Both the position numbers and the translations under genes were made by a program. A stretch of 64,000 nt of DNA from Rhynchobatus australiae (Eukaryota), in NCBI GenBank assembly GCA_034780895.1, contig JAUZTB010000127.1:29022144-29086143 (forward strand), in the 5' to 3' direction. Below the pieces are notes generated by a model, which worked only from the letters and a program-made list of their open reading frames with translations, had not been told where the DNA came from and did no database searches. How positions within the stretch are numbered: position 1 is the first letter of the stretch; every line of letters begins with the position of its first letter. Shown here piece after piece: positions 39,035-49,200 of this stretch.

Positions 39035-39445
39035 TAAGTTGAGAGCACTCTCTCCTCCAAATCAGAAGGTTTGGGGTTCGATCCCTGCTACAGACTGTAA
39101 TACCTAGTATAACATGATTCTCCACAGAAGGAGTGCTACATTTAGAATTGCCACCATTCTGATGAGATGTTGAGACTTTAGGCTCAGTCTGCTTGCATAA
39201 GTGGTAAATAAAGTCCAATACTAAACGAGAAAGGGCAAGGTCCTAGTTAACAGTCCTCCTTTAATCAACATCATTAAAAACACATTATCCGGTCATTCAT
39301 TCATTTACCATAGTACGACCTTGCAAGACCTTGTTGTATGTAGAATTGCAGTCAGAATTGCAGACACAACAACAGAAAAAAGAAACCATTGTCTGTAAAG
39401 CACTGATGACTTGGTAAGGCATTGGATAAATGCAAGTTTATTCTT
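39035..39445 (+). mobile_element. Deu-domain SINE
   Basis: agcactctctcctc..atcagaaggtttggggttcgatccc head; attatccggtcattcat core; tail ataaatgcaagtt. Confidence 0.65.
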
Positions 39446-40559
39446 GTTCACTGTCAAGACTCATCTGTGACCAAGGGCCATACAGATGATGTACTGTAGA
39501 ATGGTTGGCACCTGTTCAATACCATTTCAGTGTATCATCAACTACAAGAAAGAGAATTAGAAAACAAAAGGACAGCAAATTGGAAACAAAAATTATCATT
39601 GGGTGTTGTGGACAATTTTGTGCACAGGAATCACTTGCCTACTGAATTCACACTAAGGTGGGAAAGCCCTGCTTTCATGTTGTATAAAGTAAATGAAAGA
39701 GTTAATTCTTTTACAAATAAAAAGTTAAATGCAAATCCTTTTCCAATGCAAATTGTAATCATTCCTATTGACAATGTGTTCACTCACAGTGAAAAGAGTA
39801 TAGATCACAAGATTAATTAGTAGCAATGGTCTATGAATGATTAAGGATATAATGTGTGGATTGCTCACTATGGGTGTGTATTGGGTAACCATTTGTATTT
39901 TTCAAGCTAATATTTATCCACCCAAGATGCTAACTCAAGGGCATTGGGTGTGTGCAGGTAATGCAGATATATTATAAAAGTGGCAAGGTGTTAAAGTTCT
40001 GAACAAACCCAGACCATTTATTTTTGTTTGATCATTCTGAAGCAGAGTGAAAAGTCTACTTATAAAAATGAGTTCTTTCGATTTAGGAGTTCAGCCAATC
40101 TCTCACATTTGCATCAGACTGATTCCAGTTCTGTGCTGAGATAAACTCTCTAGTGAGTCCAATCAGTTGGAAGAACAGCATTTACTGCCTTGTGGGAACA
40201 AGCAATTTCCAGTGTGGTACAGGTGGGTAGAGGGTAAATGTTTACTCACCTGTGTATGCTGTCATTACATAATGCCTCTGAGAATACACTTCCTTTTGTG
40301 ATCATTTATAGAAAGATCCTCCCTGGTAGCTGCATGGAAAGGACTCTAAGGCTTTCTGCGTTCTTTGCCTTGAGGGCAGACAAAATGACCACAATCTAAA
40401 TGGGGACTCTAGTCCCAGTTTTCTGACATGGCACATCATTCCCCAAAAGTTGATATTTGCAGCTAAGTGGGACGGGGTGAAGCTGTGGAGGAGATAGGCA
40501 TCAGGTGTGTAAAATGGCAAAATGTTCTGATGAGTTTCACAAAAATGATGCTGAATCAC

Positions 40560-40980
40560 ATTAAGTGATGTGCAAATGCTCATTCAAAGAGGTAGATTTG
40601 AAGGAGAATCGTTGAAGTGAGGTAAAGAGGCAGGGGGTTTAGGAAGGGAACTACAGAGCTTAGTGCACTGACAGCTGAAGGAATGGCCAGAGAATTTAGG
40701 GATAATCAAGAGGCAAGAATTAGTGAGTGCAGCTATCTTGGAGCCCTACAGGACTGGAATAGAATTCAGAGACGGGGAAGAGCGAGAGTATAGCTGTAAC
40801 CTATTCTGGTGCAAGCTGGACAGAGAGGTAAAGTTTTGGATAGACTCAAGTTTGCAAATGGTAGCAAGCAGGAGCCCTGCAAGGACTGCCCTGAAATAGT
40901 CAGGTTCAGACATTTTGGCTGCAGCTGGGATGAGGCAGGGTTAGAGATGGACAATGTATTGGGAGGAGTTAGTTCCAGAG
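40560..40980 (-). mobile_element. L2-like LINE fragment
   Basis: gggggtttaggaagggaactacagagcttag..cagctgaagg..gaaatagtcagg pattern of reverse-strand L2. Confidence 0.5.
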
Positions 40981-42210
40981 ACAGTCTGATTAGTCTCCTA
41001 TAAAAATTAAATGTAATTAAATGAAAAAATTCTTTTCAAAATACATTTTCTAACAATTTTCAAGTGCCAGTCAGATAGTGTCAGAAGAATATGAATATTT
41101 TTGGGCAATACTTACAATACTTACTTTCATGCCTTCTTATTTAGAGTGCATTTATATAATATCTGCTCCGCACTCCATGTCATTATAAAGCAACTAACTT
41201 TTTAAATAGTAACAATTTAATAATGATGATTTAACCATTAATTATTTTCTAAGTTTTGAATGACATAAGTACATGATTTCAGTCTAACACGTACTTAATA
41301 ATGGAAGAGGAATACTTGCTTCAAAAGCTGCAAAGGGGAAATCACTCTTCAAATGTGCTAAAGCAGCTGCCATTAGACAATGAATTGATGGGAGTGGACA
41401 TGTAGCCTATGGTGATTACTGTACAGCACCATGTACTACACCACTGGGCATAAATCAATGGGGAATCAATGTGAAACAACCTTCATTCTCATTAATACCA
41501 TGTACCACTGGACCTTATTCAAAGGAGGGCACTAGTCAGCTGGGGTTGTGAAGCTTTGCCTTTCCGCAATTCCCTTTTATATTAATGAGGCAGCGTCCCT
41601 TCTCTTATTCGACACAAGGTGGCTTTTACAATGAACCAAACCTCAAGCCTACGGGCCTCCTTGTTCACTCACAGAGCCTTGTTGTATGCTGTAAAGCTTC
41701 TCTGTTGACATTTTGATCCCCCCATCTCCCACCTCCCCCTTCCCTCCATGGGTTTTTGCTGTCAAAGAAACTCGGCTCAGTGCTCACCGGGAGGGATAAC
41801 TGCTGCAGGACATGTGGGATCAAATGTCAGTTTCCCCTTGGTTTCTTGCAGCCCAGCTTGGCCAAAACAAAATGAGTCAAGTATGTGGCAGGTGGGAGAC
41901 GGTTTCAAATTGTAAATGCATTATTAAATAAGCGAAATAAAATAATTATACTGTTGAAACACATCAGTTATTGATTAACAATATTTAGTATATTTGATAC
42001 TTTAGTCCATTACTTTTCTGGCAATACTATCAGGCATGTAATTGAAGGACGACATTGCATTAACTCTATATTTAACTATTCATTTCTACAGGTTCACTCT
42101 CTAAATAGTCAAATCTGCATCTATGAAGCATGTTGATGTTGAAAATTGTTGCAGAACGAATTAAGTTGTTGGAGTTCATTGAGAATTCACTACATGAAAT
42201 CAAATGAAAA

Positions 42211-42229
42211 CACTGCCCTCTATGGGGCA
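42211..42229 (-). promoter_or_regulatory. CTCF-like motif
   Basis: Minus strand TGCCCCATAGAGGGCAGTG. Confidence 0.45.
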
Positions 42230-42411
42230 CTCTGTTAGATATTGCCATCAGAACAGCACAACTATTGAATTACTGCATGATCAAAACTATCAATGATGGA
42301 ATATATTTAACAATTGTGTTAATAAACCTTAACACGACATCAGTAACAACATTTTAAAATGTACTCCACTGTCCATTTCGTGATCATGAAAGCTGCTAAG
42401 TGAATACAAAT

Positions 42412-42892
42412 CTGCATGGTGGAGAGCATTCTGACTGGTTGCATCATAGCCTGGTATGGAGCCTCCAATGCACAAGATTGCAAGAGGCTGCAGAGGGTTG
42501 TAGACTCACCCAGCTCCAACACGGGCACAACCCTCGCCACCATTGAGGACATCTTCAAGATGCAGTGCCTCACAAAGATGGCATCCATCACTAAAGAATC
42601 TCACTATCCAGGACATGCCCTCTTCTCGTTACCACCATCAGGGAGGAGGTACAGAAGCCTGAAGACCCACACTCAACAATTCAGAAACAGCTTCTTCCCC
42701 CCACCATCAGATTTCAGAACGGTCCATGAACCCATTAACATTACCTCAATATCCCTTTTTTTGCACTATTTATTTATTTTTTGTAATTTGTAGTAATTCT
42801 ATGTCTTTGCACTGTACTGCTGCTGCAAGACAACAAATTCCATGTCATATAAGTCAGTGATAATAAATCTAATTCTGATTCTAATTCTGATC
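42412..42892 (+). mobile_element. Rex1/Babar LINE 3' end
   Basis: VESILTGCIIAWYG..LQRVV..HYPGHALFSLPPSGRRYRSLKTHTQQFRNSFFP, then aataaa and an (attctg/a)n tail. Confidence 0.9.
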
Positions 42893-43064
42893 TTTCTTAA
42901 ATATTATAAAGCAAACAGCCTTTAATGGAAGGAGAGATCCTAATTGACTACTAATCCATGGGTTACAGATGAAATCACACTGTGCTATTTCACAGCTGAT
43001 ATATGACTGCCCTGCTGAAAGAATGATATAGGGCTCTTGATTCTTTTACTTCTGTTGGAAAGGC

Positions 43065-43670
43065 AGGCAAGGCACAGCCAGTAGACCTGCTGCCTCACAA
43101 CTCCAGTGATCTGGGTACAACCCTGACTTCCAGTGCTGTTAATGTGGAGTTTTGGATGTTGTCCCTGTGTCTCCAGGTTCTCTGGTTTCCTCCCACATCC
43201 CAAAGATGTGCAGGTTGGTAGGGTAATTGGTCGCTGTAAATTTCCTCTAATAGGTAGGTGAGTGATAGAAAGGAGACACAAGAGACAGCAGATTCTGGAA
43301 ATCTGGAGCAACACAGAAAATGTTGGAGGAACTCAGCGGGTCAGACAGCATCTATGGAAGGAAATGGATGGGCAATGTTTTGGGTTGAGACTGTTCATCA
43401 GGACTCAACAGTCAATGTTTCAGGTCAAAACCTCAAGAAAAGTCTTGACCCGAAACATTGACCATTGACTGTCCATTTCCCTCCATAGATACTGCCTGAC
43501 CCACTGAGTTCCTCCAGCTTTTTGTGTATTGCTCCAGATGAGTGATGGAATTTTGGGGGTGGTGGCGGGGGGGGGGGAACAATGGGGATGTAAGCAGTAT
43601 AGGCTACAAGGAAAATAAGTGAGGAATAGGATTTCTATGTGAGCCAGCCATGAACTTAATGGGCTAAAAT
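43065..43670 (+). mobile_element. HE1/V-SINE interrupted by a Penelope-derived hairpin
   Basis: gctgcctcacaactccagtgatctggg..ggtttcctcccacatcccaaagatgtgcaggttggtagg; resumes after 43538. Confidence 0.85.
43271..43538. mobile_element. Foldback Penelope-derived insertion with 12-bp TSD
   Basis: TSD tgagtgat(a/g)gaa at 43259-43270 and 43539-43550; about 43302-43368 is the reverse complement of about 43472-43538. Confidence 0.9.
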
Positions 43671-44414
43671 TACCTCCTTGTATGTTATAAGGTTGNNNNN
43701 NNNNNNNNNNNNNNNNNNNNNNNNNNNNNNNNNNNNNNNNNNNNNNNNNNNNNNNNNNNNNNNNNNNNNNNNNNNNNNNNNNNNNNNNNNNNNNNNNNNN
43801 NNNNNNNNNNNNNNNNNNNNNNNNNNNNNNNNNNNNNNNNNNNNNNNNNNNNNNNNNNNNNNNNNNNNNNNNNNNNNNNNNNNNNNNNNNNNNNNNNNNN
43901 NNNNNNNNNNNNNNNNNNNNNNNNNNNNNNNNNNNNNNNNNNNNNNNNNNNNNNNNNNNNNNNNNNNNNNNNNNNNNNNNNNNNNNNNNNNNNNNNNNNN
44001 NNNNNNNNNNNNNNNNNNNNNNNNNNNNNNNNNNNNNNNNNNNNNNNNNNNNNNNNNNNNNNNNNNNNNNNNNNNNNNNNNNNNNNNNNNNNNNNNNNNN
44101 NNNNNNNNNNNNNNNNNNNNNNNNNNNNNNNNNNNNNNNNNNNNNNNNNNNNNNNNNNNNNNNNNNNNNNNNNNNNNNNNNNNNNNNNNNNNNNNNNNNN
44201 NNNNNNNNNNNNNNNNNNNNNNNNNNNNNNNNNNNNNNNNNNNNNNNNNNNNNNNNNNNNNNNNNNNNNNNNNNNNNNNNNNNNNNGGGCTGCCTTTGGA
44301 GAGATTGAAGAAGTAAACAAGTAAAAGTTCAAAGTTTCTTATTCAGAACACAGGGGGAATTCTTTAGTTGTACTTTGGCATTATTGTACAGGTAGCAATA
44401 TGGCAATGCCAATC

Positions 44415-44965
44415 AGCATTCAGGCAAGTGTTGATAAGTGGCAAGTAACATTTGTGCTATTTAGTGCCAGGCAGTAACCATGTGCAAGAAGAGCGAGTTT
44501 ATCCACCTGTTCTTGACATTCAATGGCGTAATCATCACCCAGTCCCCCACTGTCAACAGCTTGGGGATCACCAGTGAACAGGATCTCATCATCCAAGGTA
44601 AAGCAGCCTGATCAATTGGCATCCCCACCACTGACCTAAACATCCATTCCTTCCAACACTGGCTTCAGTGTGTACTATTCCTGTTACGTGCACCTCCCAA
44701 ACACCTAACCTCTACAACCAAGAAGGTCAGCTGGTGCCTGGCAACGTCACCACCTACAGGTTGGATTCCTCTCATGTCCTGCCTTGGAAATATCTCGCCA
44801 TTCCTTCTTTGTCTCAGATTCTGAATCCTGGATTTTACCCACCAGCATTGTGGGAGTATCTGCACCAGAAAGACTGTCATGGTTCAAAAAGGCAGCTCAC
44901 CACCACCTTCTCAATGGCAAATAAGGATGGACAATAAATGCTGTGACACCTACAACCTGAAAAGT
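44415..44965 (+). mobile_element. CR1/L2-clade LINE 3' fragment
   Basis: gataagtggcaagtaacatttg..ttgacattcaatggc..aaggcagctcaccaccaccttctcaa..caataaatgctg. Confidence 0.75.
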
Positions 44966-46714
44966 GGATGAAGAAATGATCCAGCAAGTTATAGGAGGAT
45001 TCTACACCTCTGATCCCCAGGAGATACCAACAACAGACCCAATTTTCCAACCTCTGTAAGTAGTTTAGAGCAATCTTGTGACTGTATTAATAAAATACTC
45101 AATGGCCTCAGGGGAAATTACAAATGGATTAATGATCAAGTGATGTTTGATTGATATCACTGTGAAAGTCATGCACATTGTCACTAGACTTGTTTAATAT
45201 TTTAGTAATACTCCATTGTAAATAAATGTGTTGCTAAAATAATAAATATTAATATTATTGTATATGCTTCATACTTAAATTACTTTGCTGATGCATTGTA
45301 TAGTTGAAATATTCTTAGGCAGCTCAAGGCCCGAAGATAAATAATTATAGCCTAACTGCAAGCTGTTTCTTGGTTACAGAGATTTCTTGCATGCGCCAAG
45401 AAGCATCATGAAATTCTAGGGTGAAAACTTCCATTTGCCACGTGACAACATTTCCCAACTAAAACTAAGGCCAAATTTACTGATTAGTCAATTTATCACA
45501 CAATTTGCATCAATCAAGGAGTAAACGATTCAGGATTTTAAAATAATTGGAGGTTTTATTCACAGTGTTAACTGTCTCATGTGAAAAGCAAAGTCGCATT
45601 TCACGCCTGATTAACACATGAACAGCATTTTAAAATGCATTGTCTTAAACGCCCCCAGTATATCCTGAGGTGTCCATTCGTACCCATCTTCTAAAGAGGC
45701 AGAGAGCCTGTGCGTGTATCCAGAGTCCACAATCTAATACAATCCAACTGGCTCTCATGAGCCCCTTGGGATCTCTTGAATTGCAAATATTGATATTTGG
45801 AATCCTTCCAAATGACACATAGGACCCGGAAAATTGCACTTATGTTATGGTATTGCAATACCTCCTGACCTTATAGATTCAGCTGCCGATTCAACAAAAN
45901 NNNNNNNNNNNNNNNNNNNNNNNNNNNNNNNNNNNNNNNNNNNNNNNNNNNNNNNNNNNNNNNNNNNNNNNNNNNNNNNNNNNNNNNNNNNNNNNNNNNA
46001 TTGCAATACATCCTGACCTTATAGATTCAGCTGCAGATTCAACAAAAACAGAAGCTTGTTGTGATTAAAGGGGTTCAAGGAGATGAAAACAGTTACCATA
46101 TCTTTTTATGTAAAAATAAACAAATTGGAATTTGGTGCCCTGTTAACTTTACCTTGCTCTCTGAAGCATCAGCTCATGCCCAGCATGCTTGTCCAACAAT
46201 TGCTTTTCGTTTTGGATAGCAAAAAACCTTGCATACCCTTCATTGATAAAAATCTGTTAGAAGCCACAGGACAAAGACGTCTTCACTCTGCATCCAGGTG
46301 AAGTCTTGTCTAGATCGTGTACTCTACTGTAGATTACCTAGATAGCTGGACTATCTCCACATTAAACTATACCTGAAGTTTTAGCACAGATATAGATACC
46401 AAATCTGAATTTAAGGACAGCTGCAGCTGAGTGGAAGGCAATGCACTTTATAGGAATATAACTACATAGGAAATTGTGTAATGCCTTCATTTCAAAAGTT
46501 TGTCTTGGCTCATTNNNNNNNNNNNNNNNNNNNNNNNNNNNNNNNNNNNNNNNNNNNNNNNNNNNNNNNNNNNNNNNNNNNNNNNNNNNNNNNNNNNNNN
46601 NNNNNNNNNNNNNNGTAGTTTTCCCACCTCTGAGTTAGAACGTTACTATTTCAGGGCTTGAATGTTTAATCCACACTGACCCTTCTGTGCAGTATCAAGG
46701 AAGTACATAGAACC

Positions 46715-47946
46715 GGAGACACAAGAGACTGCAGATGCTGGAATCTGGAGCAAAAACAAACTGCTGGAGGAAATCAACGGGTCAAATAGTATTTGTAGAG
46801 GCAGTGGGATAGTTAACATTTCGGATCAAGACCCAGCATTAGGACTGAGTGGGTGGAGAGAAGGTAGCCTCTCAGAAGGGGAGAGGTGAAACAGGGGCTG
46901 GTGGGTGATGGGTGAAACCAGGTGAGGTGGGAGATGATGGGCAGATGGAGCCAGGTGAGGGAGGGGGAGATTAGGGGGCGAGAGGTGGAAATGGGTAAGG
47001 ACAAAACATAAGACAATGAGCAGATGGAGCCTGCTGGGGTGGGGAGGGGTAAGGCAACCTGGAAGGGCTGTTTTGACCCCTACATCTCCCTCCTCATCAC
47101 TACCCGGGGACCAAAACATCCCTTTCAGGTGAGGCAGAGATTCACGTGCACCTCCTCCAACGTCAACTACTGCTTTTGGTGCTCTTGATGCAGACTCCAG
47201 TACGTCATTGAGACCAAGCATAGACTAGGTGACTGTTTTGTGGAGCATCTGTGCTCTGCCCACAATGACCATCTTGAGTTTGCATGTCACTTCAGCTCCC
47301 CTTCCCATTCCCGCACCAATTTGCCGATTTGCTCCAGGTTTTTTGCTCCAGATTCCAACGTTGCAGTCTCTTGTGTTCCCACACCAGCCTGCCTGTCTTG
47401 GCCTTCTCCACTGCTGTGGTGAAGCCAAACAAAAACAGGAAGAACAACACATGATAGTCCATTAGTGCAGCCTACAGCTCAGTGATAATGAACACTGAAT
47501 TTTCCAACTCTCCATGTGTTCCTTTCTCACTCCTACAGGTCCAGCTAGGTTCTCTCTCCCTTTATTTACCTTTCCCATTTCCATCTGACCATAACCAACA
47601 CACCTATCCCCCTGGGGTTCTCCTCCCCTAGCCTACCCTCCCCATTCCCTCCCCATCCGACCATCATCCCTCCCTTATATGGTTCCACGGAACACCTTCC
47701 AGCTTCTGTCTCTTACCCCTCCCCTCCCCAGCTAGCTCCATTGTTTTTAGTTTTTTTCCTTAACTGGTTCCACCTATCACCCACCACCCCCTATCTCACC
47801 CCTCCCTCTAACCACTTTACACTAGCTATCTTCCCTCCACACTCTCAGCCCTGGTGCGGAGTCGCAAACCGAAATGTCGACCATCCTTTTACCTCCACAG
47901 ATGCTGCTTAACCCACTGAGTTCGTCAACTAGTTTGTTGTTTGCTC
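46715..47946 (+). mobile_element. Penelope-like element: inverted 3' copy, GIY-YIG endonuclease pseudogene and 3' UTR, nested in a Deu SINE
   Basis: About 47108-47510 translates GPKHPFQVRQRFTCTSSNVNYCFWCS*CRLQYVIETKHRLGDCFVEHL..FACHFSSPSHS..LGLLHCCGEAKQKQEEQHMI; about 46747-46925 is the reverse complement of about 47765-47946. Confidence 0.92.
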
Positions 47947-47947
47947 A

Positions 47948-48200
47948 ACTATTCAGGACTGTTCAAGATGCCATGTTTCGGATGTCAGCCCCCTCATATG
48001 GATCCCACCTCATGTTGAGGCACATGTAAATTCTTTCTAATGTTCTTTACTGGCCAATATCACATTGTTGTGTACAAACTGTGTTCCCTGTTGCCATTAT
48101 AATTGTGACCACATTCCAAAATTACTGTTTTTCATTTGTTACAAACCTCTTTGGGATATCCTAATGTTGTAAAAGGTTCTGGATAGTGGCAAGTTCTTTC
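47948..48200 (+). mobile_element. 3' half of a Deu-domain SINE whose head is at about 46615-46712
   Basis: gatgccatgtttcggatg..tggccaatat..tttgggatatcctaatgttgtaaaagg..gcaagttctttc. Confidence 0.6.
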
Positions 48201-48489
48201 TTTCCCTTTAAGTATCCTCATCAGCTCTAGGAAAAGAATTGGTTCAGGAAGGTATCCTCTGGGGACAGCATTGTAAATTGAAGGGGAGCATCAGCCATTT
48301 CACACAGAATTTACACTTCTACTGAAAAAGCCAGGCACATTCAGGGTTAAAGGATACTGGTCCCTGCACATCAGTAAACATTATTGTTAATAAAGTTTCA
48401 ATGAGATTACAATTATTAACGTTTAGTGGTCTCTTAATAGAATTAGAAATATAACATGAAAAAATAAAATCTTGTATGGTTCAGGGAAA

Positions 48490-49200
48490 TGGACAACTTG
48501 AGTCTGGGTCTGGAAAATGTGGGAGAACTGAGGTCGGATCATGGATGAGTGGAGATACTGGAACAGATGCTTGGGTTCCTGTTGAAGTGTAGGTTGTGGG
48601 TGATTGGACCGTGGGTCAGTGGGGAGATTGGATTGTGGCTCTAGGGAGGTTACATCATGGATCTAGGCATGTGTTGGGAAAGGTTGGGTTGTGGGCAGTT
48701 GGAAAATGATTGGAGCATAGTTCAGGGGAGATAAAATTATGGGTCTATGTGATCGTAGGGTGAGTCAGTCATTGTTGGGAGGGGAGAGGTCAGATTGTGG
48801 GCTCAAGAATGGAGCGTGGGTCTGGGATATGAATGTGAGTCTGGTGGAGCAGTGGATTGGGACAGCAGTTTAGATCAATGTGGGTTGGGAGGGAACTGAT
48901 GTGTGAGTGAGATTGGCATGAGTAAGGGCATAACAGTGTGCGTGGGAAGGAGATGAATGTGAATTGGCAGGGGAGGATGGTATGAGTTGGAAGAGGATGG
49001 TGTGGTCGAGGAGAGGATGTGTGTGTTTGGGTGAGATTGGTGTGAGCCAGGGAGGAGACTGGTNNNNNNNNNNGAGCAGATCGATGTGGGTTGGTGGGGA
49101 GAGTGGTTTGTATTTGGGTGAAATTAGGGACTGCAATGTGTGTGGGGAGGTCATTGGCATGAGTCAAGGAGGAGAATGGTATGGATTGGGGGAGATGGAG
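48490..49200. repeat. G-rich degenerate tandem repeat
   Basis: Recurring gagattgg / gtgggtc(t)gg / atgtgggttgg units. Confidence 0.65.

Noticed and set aside
41706-41829. Imperfect 14-bp inverted repeat tgacatt(t)tgatccc
   Set aside because: No TSD or family evidence; could be chance
45851-46047. About 48-bp direct repeat on both sides of a 100-N gap
   Set aside because: Typical unmerged contig overlap or haplotype difference at a placeholder gap
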